A stretch of 64,000 nucleotides of DNA from Lobosporangium transversale (lineage: Eukaryota), in the NCBI RefSeq assembly GCF_002105155.1, contig NW_019029023.1:248001-312000 (forward strand). Reading direction: 5' to 3'. A program made the position numbers and the translations under genes. Below are positions 30,321-42,874 of this stretch, in pieces (the stretch's first letter is position 1; the number at the start of each line of letters is the position of its first letter). Below the pieces are notes generated by a model. The model had not been told where the DNA came from and did not search any database. It saw only the letters and a list, made by a program, of their open reading frames with translations.

Positions 30321-32849
30321 GGGCGTATGATATTGAAGTATTAAAAAAAGATTTGAAATTAACTTGCGGAAGGCGGCAAATCTGAAGGGACCAGGCAGTG
30401 TTCTGGGATCCTGATTTTGATCTGATCCCCTCCGAGCGCGGTTCCCTGTCAAGGTTGGCGAAGAAAGAGACAGAAGCAGTGCTTTGAATGTTGATGGAAG
30501 AAGCCATATTGGTCAAGGTGTAGTGGAAAAACGAACAACTTTGGTTATGCTGATAAGGGAAAATTGAATGTTGGTAAAGTTCTGGGAATGAAGGAATGAA
30601 GGAATGAGAAAGCTAAAGGAGCCTTAATTTTGCTTCCGCTACTTCTTTAATAGCGTACCACTTTCATCCTGATTCGCTCCTGACATTACAAAGTCTTTTC
30701 TGTATGGCATGGTTTGTGTTTAAAAAAAAAAAAAAAAAAAAAAAAAGAGAAGATGGAGAGAGCGATACAAGTGATAACAACCTGCGCGCCACCAAATGAC
30801 GCTCTCAAAATTGTCTGTGTCACTGAAACTTAAAGTCTTTCGTTTCAGGAACAGGCAAAAGACCGATAGGTATTACTCTACTTAAGAGGAATCAGTAGCG
30901 ATAAAATGTGTGCAAAAATAAAGCATGGAATAAAGTGCATGAATGAGCAAAGGGAACCATATGGGCTTGCTCGAGAACTAAGTCGCCAGAGGCCTAGGGC
31001 TGTGAGGCGGAAGCGAAACTAGGAAGACTTGTAGGCTAGATCGACTTTGTAAAGAGAAAAAAGAAAACTGAAGAGTGAACCATAGGACTGAAGGCTGACG
31101 ACTAAAATTTATTAGAGGGATTCTTCTGCTTCTTATACTATCCATTTACAAATCTAATTGTGGTAATCGTTGACGAGTCCTCGAGAGGAGTGCTCGCCAC
31201 TAACTAGTGAAACGCTCTTGCACAAAGAAAGTTTCTCCTAATTGTGGATTCAAACATAAAAAAAAAAAAAAAAAAACAATAACAACAACAATGGAATCGC
31301 TAACCTTAGTTGGATATTCGGTTGCCAACCGCAACAGATATGAACTACGTTAAGAACAATTAGATATATAAATCAATGTGACCAAGAAAGACACAGGTGT
31401 GCCGAAAAGCAATAATGTCCGATTACTTTCGACAAGACTCTAGAGTGTAATACAGTAGGCTATAGGCAGTGAATGTAGAAAATATTCTTAATGAGTCACT
31501 CTATACATTCCATAGGCTTTCAAGACGGAGCTGCGTACATAATAAACCACTGTTGTTCACTGGTTAGAGATGTGGATATTTGGTGCTCTTCTCTGGACCA
31601 AAAAATAAATAAAAATATTCCACAATGGGCGTGTATCCACACCTTTTTACTTTTTTTTGTTTTTTTTTTTTTTTTACTTAATTCCCGAACCATCAACTTG
31701 CCTGAAAAAGCCCCGCGGTGAGATGTAACAATGGACAGCATATAACAAAAGGAACCACCAATGTGGGAAGTTGAGACAAAGGAAAATCGACAAAATCATC
31801 CTGCATCATTTGATACTAACAAGCCAGGACCCATGACTTCGCCACAGTCAGCCCTCGCCCTCGTCCTCGTCAGAAAAAGTGAATGTTTTGCATTATGTGG
31901 GCAACATTAAAGAAAACAGAGTCTACGACAGTAAATGATAACATAGGAAGCGATATTTTCGCATATGTAGGAGATGGAATAAATACATGAAGGTAAACTA
32001 CATGTATAAAAATAATATTGATAAATAAATAGATAAAAATTAAAAAGGAATAAAACACAAAGTATAACTCACGAAGGAGGGGGAGCATATGGCAACCGCA
32101 ACATTGGGTGGAGTAGTGACAGAGAGGCGGACATAAAGGGCATGGGATCATGGGGGAGAGGGAACAAAATATCCGAAGGCCAAAAAGACAATATCTCTAC
32201 AAAGCATTATTGGAGGCAATGTTCCGTGTATATATCTCTAGAGTGCCTAGTCGCCTTGAGTAAGGCAAACAACGGTATGCTTGAGCGTCTACCTCTGGGA
32301 CCTATTGATAGTTATGGTGAAGACTGGCTGCTGGGTAGTACAGGACATGGTTTGGCCTAACCATATCTTCGTCAAGGAGATTCAAGGTAGCATACTCAAT
32401 GAATATTGCTGGAAGGGGCCCGCGAGTTCGATATCCGCCTAATGAGTAACTTCTGTGACTACGGTCCTAAACACATCTTCCTCTCGTTCAAGTTACATAT
32501 TGCAATCCTGGCTTTGTCTTCTCGGCAATCCTCATCCTTGTCTTTGAGTCGAAGGACTTTACCCAGAGGTTTGTGGAACTACAAATCCAAGGTCTTTCGG
32601 ATCTTTCCTTGTTATAGGGCTAATAGGTATTCAGAACTTCGATAGGCCTTATTTTCCATTCGGTGTATTGTAGAAATGGGTCGATTTAATCGAGTAAAAA
32701 AACAGCGTTACAATATTTGAAAAACAATCGCATGCCACTTATTTGGCACACCTTCGTCCAATCCTTGAAACGTTCTTGACAGCTTTCACTTCATCATTCA
32801 ATCGTTAGTATGGATTTTATTCTAGATTATAGGAGTTGTACCTAATGAA

Positions 32850-33850
32850 TGGTACTATGGGCGTATCTAGGAGCCAAGTTCCTGTACAACGCGTTGTCTG
32901 GCTTATTCAAAGACGGTTTCTAATTGCAGTCGACCATGGAGAGTGTGCGGATCATGTGACGAATAGTACAATCAACTCATCTCATTCCTAGTTGTGTCTG
33001 TCTAGCCAAGTCGCGTCCCCTAGGTTTCTTGCTCCATAGCCAGCTTAGACCAATGGCTATGGTCCACAATGCTTAATGGTCTTGAAGTATGATTGCACCA
33101 TATATCTTCCCTGCTGTTGTTCGAATAATTAATATGAAGTTAACTCAGCACCAGGTTTCCCCATGTGATAAAAGATATTTCAAGAAGTCTTATTTAGAGT
33201 CCTTAGATTGCGTTTCCGCTCCAGACGTTCAAGTATAGATACCTTATCTTTGTAGTATAGGAAACCCCAGTCTGCAATAGACTTATCACCTTATACCAAT
33301 CCCTGTTCCTACGCTACTTACCTTTCCTTGCAATCATCTTGTCAGAATTTAACAGATCAATCTTCCAATTAGCAGGATTCAAACCATTACAATCATCATC
33401 GGTTTCAACCCACCGTGTGGTACGGTTGTGTCTGTATACACGGCAAAAGCGCCCAAAGATCTCAACTTCACTATTTCAGACAGCATGATGGCTTCATGCA
33501 TTAAACTAAGCCGGCCACGCACCTGAGAATCAGCTAGACGCTGAACTGCTGTGCAATTCAATTTAAACTCACTGTTAATCTCAACGATCATAGCATCCTT
33601 GCGGCTGAGCATAGCGAGATATTTACTAAGAAAACCGATTATTTCAGTACAGCTTGGATGCATTTGCAGTGACATCAGGGATCCAGCTTGTATCGTGAAA
33701 GCATGGGCACAATCATATTGTTTGGCCCATATTACGCTTGCTCGTTTGAATTGGCAGGGGCCGCGAGTAGATTCTCTGTCACGAGGGAACCCATATGCCA
33801 TGTGTAGAAGGGCACCATAGTAGCCTTGTGTAGTGCACTGAATGGTTCTT
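32850..33850 (-). pseudogene. Decayed copy 3 of the same family, interrupted by a solo LTR
   Basis: MIVEINSEFKLNCTAVQRLADSQVRGRL. 32850-32954 and 33355-33850 are collinear with copy 1 once the insert is removed. Confidence 0.6.
32955..33354. mobile_element. Solo LTR (400 bp, TGT...ACA) with 5-bp TSD GATCA
   Basis: GATCA|TGTGAC at 32950-32960 and TTAACA|GATCA at 33349-33359. The uninterrupted paralogue has a single TGATC at about 29090. Confidence 0.78.
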
Positions 33851-35031
33851 GTGATAGAGCAAAAGCAACAAGTGGCCAATGGTAAGTCATTTTCGGGACC
33901 TTGGAAGACCTGACAATAAATGATGCTGGCAGAGTTTTCGGCGCAGCAAAACACGCAATCAATAAGTTTCCTGATGACCTCGTTATTGTACAAAACAGTT
34001 GATTTGGGTTTCGCACCATCGTTGGTATTGGCCACTAGCTTTTCTTTCTTAGCATGGAAATCTAGCTTGTGCAAGCGTAGATCTTGAAGTGAAGTATACC
34101 AACGTCTCCTTTTACACCTCAAAAGACATCAGACAGCATTCGAGCTGTGCCAACTCGGGGTGCACATCTCCTCCTATTCCTTGTATCATTGCCCTCAATC
34201 AATGCTTGCTCCAACAAGAGCATTTTGGTAGTGTCCATAAAGACGCTCGAAATACTGTCATAGCCAGGCTCGGTATAAAAAAGAAGTGACAAGGGAAAGC
34301 AGGCACTCCCTTACATCTAAGGAGTGATTGGTTAGGAGCCCTCGGCATCACAAAGGCATAACAGTAAGGCAGCCAGCTCCATCTTTGGCTTCTGAAAGGA
34401 TATTCTACTATCTCAATCGATTATACCAAGACCCTACTCACACAAATCCCCGTCCAACAAAGTACTTTGTGATACCAAGCAATCTTATGGTCTGAATTTC
34501 ATCGAGGCTTTCCCGTGAGCCTTGTACATCAGAGGCCTCCCTGGATCCATGGCTCTTCCATACATTATCGAACAAACGACGGCCCCAATCATTTCTTTAT
34601 ATTGCGGTTACCAATTTAGAGAAATTGAAGAGTATCTTGTATCCCAGCACCTGCTGTATGCTGGGCATGATACAAGTAGTTATATTTGTCATGAAACGTG
34701 CTCTTGACTGAAAAAAGCAGAGTAGCATAATTCAAGGATCAAAGATCCATGCGACAAATATTTAATATTTACGTAATAAGAAACGGCTGGTGGTAAAATG
34801 CATGTAACGGCTGGATTGACAGTGGTCGAAATGAAATATCAGTATAAAAGGAGCAGATCTGTCGGTATAGCTCTCTCTACATTAGTTCTCTTTATATTAC
34901 CTTGCTCACTTTTAGCTTTTATAACCCTCATTACTCTTTTCCTTCCTTCCTTTTGAAGGCCACACGACTGTATTTAATCTTCATTTCTACTTTCACCAGC
35001 CAACTCACTTTTTTGTCTATTAATCACGCCG

Positions 35032-35585
35032 ATGATGGACAAAATTTCACTCCTTTGCATCCCCAACGGGGAGTCTACCGCATTCCCAGTGGACAAAAAT
35101 CCCCAGAAGACTATCGGCCACCTCAAAAAGGCGATCAAGAAAAAAAAGAAAACGCTTTTCGAGGCATTAACGCCGACAGACTCATCCTTCATAAGGTCTC
35201 GGTTCCTGGTCAAGGCACTACAGTCAATCTCGCCAATGTTGATTCAAAGGAGCCACTCACCAGAGTAACAAGAGAGATCACCAAGGCCTTTGGAACGGCA
35301 CCACCAAAGGGAGCCATTCACATCATTGTTCAGCGGCCATCGGCAGGTAAGGAATTAGCTGTCATGTTCTCTCTGTTCTAAAATTTTTTAAATGGCGCCG
35401 CTGATCAGTATTATTTTTGTTTTTTTCTTCCTTCATCCTTCGTAGGTACTGAGAGTTGATATCTTTTGTTAATTGGGCTTAATTGAAGCCCTAATCATTT
35501 TTTTTTCTACTTGATGTACTTGTATCATTCAAATGTATTTGCTGTAGATTGAGCTTCTTGCTTTTTGTAACGACTCATTCTAACG

Positions 35586-35623
<38 letters not shown>

Positions 35624-37230
35624 AAGTTATTAATACGTTAATATCAGGAGGTAAATTATTTTAATATTTCACTTTTCAGCTAATAGAGGATATTCATTAT
35701 AGCCTATTTTAACATCTTTTTCGTCCACCGTTCCACCAATTCATCTCTTCATTCACCTTGCAACCCACTGTCACTATAAACATAAAAGGTATGCTTAGGT
35801 GAAGATATCATCGCCTCCACACTTGACCAAATTATGGAAACAGCATTACAAGATCGCATTCTGCAAAGTGTGGACAGGAAGGTGGTTGAAGACTCTATGC
35901 TTTTACAAAGACGTCAAGCGCCCGCCGTATGGACCAACTGCTGAATTTCTGAATGTGACAATGCTCGGACAGTTATCTGGTGAAGAGCCAACAAGTAACG
36001 GGTGGAAGCAGAAATTCTCTGATATTGTTGAGGCGAGTATCGGCTTGGCTGGGGGTTTTACCACAGTGGCAGTGGTGGCTCCGTCCGGATCCGGGAAGAC
36101 TGCAACGGTTGTTGAACTGGCAAGAAAGCACTTGTAATATATGCATTCTGCCAGTCTCCGAGAACTTTCACTTCCGATTTCTCTGATGAAAACTTTGCGC
36201 GGTTCGCAGATGAGGTGGAAGATATTGCTCGAGCCAACCCATTTAAGCAGCCAGACAATATAAGTGACGAGGGGAGGTTCTTGGCGGTCAAGCACTATAA
36301 CACCGATCTAACAGCACTTATAAGTCATCGTAGCAATATTAAGTCTTTGGCGCGTCAGCTACACCTACTACTTCTTTTAAAAAAGAAGACTGAATTAACA
36401 CCAGAAGAGTTTTCCTGCGATCAGATGAATGAAGAGAAAGAGACCATATGTTCGCTGGCCAACCAGTTACGCGAATATGGCCATATAACTATCAGTTCAA
36501 TGCTCTTGGAAGTACGACTTCAGCTGGAACGATTTTTTTATTTGCCTGGTCAGCCAAAGCGAGGACTCGTGATCACCCTTGACGAGGCTCATAACGCTGA
36601 GAACCACATTTTGACGGGGAAGCTAATTTGAGTCTCCGCATTCAAATGGAATTCCCTCCCAAAAGACTTTTTCTTACATACAGTACTGAGGTGAATCCTA
36701 CATACCTCTGCGGATCCCTTACGCCTTTACGTACAATATTATGCTCTATTTCAACGTTGGTGGTAATGGGAGCTCAGTTATCGCTTGCGGATGCAGATCA
36801 TGTGTATCCAGCTGTTGCCAAGCAAAATCTCAGATTTAGGATAATCACGGGATTTGCTTTATGTGGTGAACATCAGGTAGAGGAGATGTTGAAGAAGATT
36901 ATCGACACAGAGGGTTGCGTGATTCCACCCAAGAAAGCCAAGCTCGCCGGGCGGTTCAGATTTACAACATCTATCGTTGCCAAGATTGCAGCATTGCAAA
37001 TAACTCGGACAGGCCTAAGCAAGATATTCATGGATGCTATCGAGCGGTCGTTAAAGGCGGCGAAAGGGGATATCAGAAGCAACGTGCAGAGATTATTGAA
37101 AGGTGTCCGTTTTAGGATAGTAACTCACTTATTCAGTCGCCTGGTCATTGTAAGCAAGGAGGTGGGCTTTGTCTCTAAAGAAATTGACATCGTGGATGCT
37201 CTGTGCCAGTTACAGGAGAAGGATGATGTA
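35032..37230 (+). pseudogene. Crinkler (CRN)-like gene: Ubl header + P-loop NTPase, disrupted
   Basis: The header ISLLCIPNGESTAFPVD..TIGHLKKAIK / NADRLILHKV..IHIIVQRP is followed by an intron donor. Walker A VAPSGSGKT, Walker B LVITLDEAH and LAGRFRFT follow. Lesions at about 35145, 36135 and 36630. Confidence 0.85.
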
Positions 37231-37744
37231 TATAAAAGAATTGCGAGGAAAGCCAAAAGGGATTAGACGGGTTCTTATAGAAAGGAAACTTTGGAGAAAG
37301 GATCTTAAGATGATATGTGCGAGCTGCAAGGTTCGTGATTACTCTAATAATCAAAGCTCATGTTGTTGTACACGCATTTTGGAGCTACAATAGGATTTTA
37401 TGGCACAGCGATCACTTCTAGAGGAGATTGCAGGCAAGCATGAGCAGCAAATCATTTTCTATCCAAAGTACCACTGCGAACTGAACTTCATCGAGATGTT
37501 CTGGGGTGCAAGCAAGCGCTATACTAGAGCAAACTGTGATTATACTTTCAAAGGTCTGCAAGAAACAATACCAAAGGCATTGGCTTCTGTAACTATACTT
37601 AGTATTCGAAAGTATGCAAGGAGGAGTTTCCGATACATGAACGCAAAAAGGAATAATATGTCTGGCCACGTTGCCGAGCTGCAAGTGAAAAAATATAAAT
37701 CTCATAGGCGCATTCTAGCCAATTGGGATTTGAGGACAGAATAG
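37230..37744 (+). mobile_element. C-terminal fragment of a DDE transposase (IS630-Tc1-mariner-related, CELNxIE type) with a premature stop
   Basis: GKPKGIRRVLIERKLW..C..C..CCCTRILELQ*DFMAQRSLLEE..FYPKYHCELNFIEMFWGASKRYTRANC..KKYKSHRRI. Confidence 0.75.
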
Positions 37745-39049
37745 ACTACCCTTAACATCGTTATGATGTCATCTCAATTAAAGTTTTAGCCAATCATAAT
37801 TTAAGATTTTTTGGTGCAATTTTTCCCTCACATAGTAAAATAGTCCATCTTTTTTCTTTATGAACTTGGAAAGAAAAAGTCATACCGATAAAAACCCATC
37901 GTAACTTTGTAGAGAATTGGCAAACGAATAACATTACGATGAGTTTCCTTGTCTAGCTTTCATGGAGAGTGAGAACATACATTTCCCTCGTGGCCTATTA
38001 TTTTCCCTAAAAAAGTGTGTGACTAGGAGGAATACACTGTAGCAATTTGGCCTGACACTATTGCTGTTAGAGACAAAGACTTGAGCCTGCAATTAACCGA
38101 CGTTTTATAGCCTCTAATGGCAATCATTTTTAGGTTGGTATGGGGATTCGACAACATATCTATCGAAAAAGGAGCCGGAAGGAGTAGCAAAAAACAGAGG
38201 CCAGGCACTTGGTGTTTTTTATCTTTAGGCTGGAAGAAGAGGAAATAAAAAAATAGTAAAAGTTGCTAATGCGCAAAGGAGTAGAGGCTAGTGAATGGTG
38301 GATAGAGTGCATCGTATAGCTTGATATCTCTGATTTATTTTTTCTTACTTGGTATGCAATAGACGGTTATTTTCTGCTAGTAGAAAGTACAGAGAACTGG
38401 ATCTGTTCTGTCCATGAGTTGATGAAAGCTAAGAGCGTAAATTTGCCCGTTTGACGGTCCAAGGGATAAACTAAGCGAATAAGTCCAAAGAAGTATAAAG
38501 GTCTTGGTCTATGCGCCACTGGCTCGTATTCCTTAACTTTTTTTTTTTTTTTTTTTTTTTCTTTTGGAATGCATACAGATTAGTATCATGAGCAATATCG
38601 AAGGACCCCAACAACTATACTTTTGACGCTGCCCAGTATAAGGTCTAGTTATTACTGGAAGGCATACGCTTGGGACCTTGAGCGACCTCTGAAGGAACCC
38701 ATCGATTACATCATGCATCAAACCTTGATGGTATCTATCATTGAGGTCTGGTTTTACCATTAATCGAGGATTGGAGATACCTACCATTGAGGTCTGATTA
38801 TTTTTGGAAGGGTATAGAATGCATTTATCCAAAAATAAAAAAAAATAAAAAAATAAAAATAAAAAAAAACTTGCAATAGAAATGCTGATATATTAATATA
38901 ATATCAGAGTGAAACTGAGGGTATCACTCGCATGATGCAAAGGGATGGTGGCTGGTAGCAGCATCGATCCCATATCCCAGAGCTTTCGATTGGTGAGATG
39001 ATCCAGTGCGATAACTGAAGGGCATAAATTCTGCAATTACGCGCCAGAC

Positions 39050-39553
39050 TCTGACAAGTTTGAACTTGATTTGGAACTCAATTGGCAAGGAAGGGGTCTT
39101 CGCACTCTCAGAAGTGCTCAAGACCAACAAGGTTTTGACAAATCTGAGCCTGTGGAATAACTCAATGGGGAACGAAGGAGCCCTAGCACTTTCAGAAACA
39201 CTCAAGATCAATACGGTGTTGACAAGTTTGGGCTTGGGGAGTAACTTGATTGGGAAGAAAGGAGCCCTCGCACTCTCAGAGGCACTCAAGGTCAACACCG
39301 CCTTGACAGACTTGAGCTTGGGGACAACAAAGTAGGGAACAGAGGGACCATCGCATTCTCAGAGGCGCTCAAAACCAACAAGACTTTGACGAATTTGAAC
39401 TTGTTTCGGAACTCAATGGGGAATGAGGGAGCTCTCGTACTTTTAGAGGTACTCAAGATCAACACCACTTTGGCAAGGTTGGAATTGAGTCATATGTCAA
39501 TCGCAAAGGAAGTATACCTGGCTCTATCAGAGGCACTCAGAACCAGGCACTAA
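39050..39553 (+). pseudogene. Orphan 3' LRR cassette, copy of 15807-16311 with a 1-bp deletion
   Basis: Near-identical to 15807-16311. TTGGGGAC here vs TTGGGGGAC in arm A at about 39320. Confidence 0.75.
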
Positions 39554-40265
39554 ACAGGACACAGCTTTGGGTACATATACTTTACGTTATCTGTATAAAA
39601 AAAGAATAAAATAAAAATGCGCGAAATGAGACATGTGTAATTTTTTCTCCCGCTCCATTTTGTCTACATGAGTGAAAAGTTACTGCCTGCAGCCTAAGGG
39701 ACCAACATACCTTTGGTGGGAAGAAATACTTCACAAGTCGCCAGGCTTCTTCCTACATCCAGAAGCTGAGTCGATCCTCCTGGGAGATCTCAGATAGGTT
39801 GGCCTTCAAGGTGATCTCTTCATGGAAGATAAGATGCTGTTGTTGTTATTGTTGTTTACTTGCAGTAATATCAACATTGTTTCCAATTTATTTACTGCCA
39901 CTACGCGTTTTGTGTCGCCCATTCTCGAATCGTACATCGCCTGCGATGACGCCTGATCCTGCTGGCTTTGAATACTACTGAATTTACCCTATCGGACATA
40001 GTATAGCACTAATGACCCCTTCTTAGCTCCTTCAGGCGATAAAGGTCTTTATTTAGGATGTCATGGAGGCACAAGAGGTTTAATGAAAGTCTATATTGAA
40101 CTGGCATAATAAGGAGTCAAGTTGAAATTAAACCATACACATGTATTGGCGTATATAGATGGGGGCTTTATTTACTACAAGTATGGCCAGTGCCTATATA
40201 CATAGATAGATTCCTAAGTAGCAAAAAAGAAAAGTTGACTGATCGGTTACCTTGGACTCATTTTT

Positions 40266-40800
40266 TTGTGTGTTGGTGTATGGCACAATAAGACTAGAAG
40301 GGATTTTTACAAAATTTGCCCCGCTCTTGGTTATTTCTCGCCAATACTGTACAATTGGGTAACCTCAGCTCTGTGGTATCTGCTAGCACCGGGCTTATTG
40401 TTTGTTGGGAGATTCGCTGAAGAACTGAACTGGAAAAATAGCCTTCATCTTCATTTGATGGCTAGTCACTTTGACTTCATATCTGTCTCCAGCATAAAAC
40501 ACATTCTATGCAATCACGACTGTAGCATGAACATGTAAGAAGATATAGGACTTTAAGTGTTGTTATGCCAAATCTAATAAAAAGCAGAAGGTCGAATTCT
40601 TCAAGATTCACAGGCATAAATAATAATAATAATAATAATAAAAAACTGAACTCATTATATACGAGTAATATATTTCTCATGGTGAGTATATATTGTCTCT
40701 GTTTTCTTTTATTACAAAGTCATTCATTACAGGACTTATAGAAATATGCCAAGGAGGACCTTGGAGCTTCACAGGCGTAGAGATGAGCATAAAAGAAAAA
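40266..40800 (+). mobile_element. Decayed Tc1-like transposase relic (duplicate of 14520-15083)
   Basis: TATAGAAATATGCCAAGGAGGACCTTGGAGCTTCAC encodes YRNMPRRTLELH. Confidence 0.5.
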
Positions 40801-42874
40801 CTGCTTTGAAAATGTATGGATAAAAAAAATATGTATTAGGTTGTATAGTTTTTCAAATTTGTTCATTCATGTTGCAAAGAAAGAACATGACTACAAAAGG
40901 CTTTACCTAACCACATTGAACCTGCCGCACTCATGGCCCTTATGGAGCCTTCACAATTAGTATAAAAGCACTCCACTCATCAGTGTACTAGTCTAGGGCA
41001 GACATTAATGAATACTACACATTCTTGAACTCCAAATGACTGTGGCTATTTCCAATAGAGGTTATAAATAGGGATAGCAGTGAGGGGTTCCCGTGCTGAT
41101 AATTCAGGTAGTTATAGTATCGATAGTACTGAATGTAACTGATAGTGCTATACCGATACTAGACATGCGATCCGTGGCTTTTCTCACAGCCACATCAGTC
41201 CAGTTCCAGTAATCTACGCATCAAGATCCTACACATCACTAAAGATTCTTGAAGTTCCACTTTCTTCTCCCATTATGTCCTAACGTATTCCAGGTGCACC
41301 TAGCAAGCCCCTGCATAAGCCTGACTTCGCCTCAACGTTTACTGACAACTCAAAATGTTATGAATTGAGCCCTTCTCAGTCTATGCCACCATCATAACAC
41401 GAGAAGCTTGTGGCTAGAGTGAGGCCATCAAGTGAATGATACGTTATGTAGGCAAGCATATCACTTTTGTACTTGTTCTTTAACGCGATTGCGATGGATG
41501 CTGCTGAGCCAGAATGATGATCATATATATCAAGGCTTGCCCTTTACTGCTTGGACATGAGCTGTACAAATATGAAGCTGGTGGTCCTTTAGAAATGTGT
41601 AAAGAGAAGAACAATGACTTTTAAAAGACTGGTGGCTGTTTCTATCTAACGTAGGTCTTCAATCCTTCTTACTCTAGGCGCTTCCGGATACATTCGAGAT
41701 GGGCATAGGGATAAACATGGGGCCTTTGCTTGATTCGATCAACCGATATCCCTAGCAAAGTGTTATAATTTGACTTGTGATTAAATTACTTTGTAGTTCA
41801 CCGCTTAGTTGGTATCTGGATATCAACAAAAGAGCCCACAGTATCCCTCGACAATTTGATGAGTCGTTAACACTAATCCTGCGGAGACCTTGAGCAGCTC
41901 TGGCTCCTCCTCTAACGATTTGCTTCCACCTGCAAAAAGAACATCCCATCATGAGGTTGCAGCTGGCTGTAAATGTAAGGTCAAATGATAGTTAAGGAAT
42001 TGACAATATTGAAGAGTGACAAACAAGAACAAACGACTTAGGGTACTATATGAACTATCTATAATACAACACACAGCTATACGTAGGAGAGACCACCCAT
42101 TTAGCGCACCTGTCTTGCGACCATTTGTAATAAAGCTTTTGGCCAAAGGACCTCACTCCTACCGATTATGGCCTCAGTGGAGAACATCACTTTTTAGTTC
42201 TCTTCTGTCTAACTTTAGGCGGTCCTTACCGGAGTGACATCCCACAACGGCCTACTCCTTCGTTAGGACCCTACTTTGACTGCCACACACACTTCTAGAT
42301 GTCTCTGGCACTTATATTCTCTTTGGTACTCTTTGCATCTGATTCAGCAAGCGTCCGGTCTTGCTATACAGTTTATAAGTTTCTTTAGGGTATACTGAAG
42401 AGTAGGGAACACTCGTGGTTCCCATCCTTTGATGACGGGATGATATTTCCCCATCGTATTTTCTCTTAGTCTCCCTTGGGGCTAATAAATAGAAAACCCA
42501 AATTCCCTTGGACACTTTTCTTTGATGCTCACACGTCTCTCTGTCTTATAATGCATTTGATGGCCATATTTGGTTTGCCTTTAGAGAGAGCTGCTACAAA
42601 AAGGATGAGCTTTCAATAATCCTCAGATGCTAGAGCCATTTAGCAAGCGAGGGGAGGAAGAATCGATCAAAAAAAAAAAAAAAAAAAAAAGCAGCGCTGC
42701 TACGGACGCTTAGCTGCCGTAAGTCAGCTTTTAATCCAAATCAAACTACTATCCGTAACCACTAAAGACCTCATCACTACTTCAATGATCAAACCAACCA
42801 ACTAAATCAACGCCAGCCAATAATAAGCGGCATTAACAGCACCAGAGTTATTTACTTATCGATTAAAGTATTCC

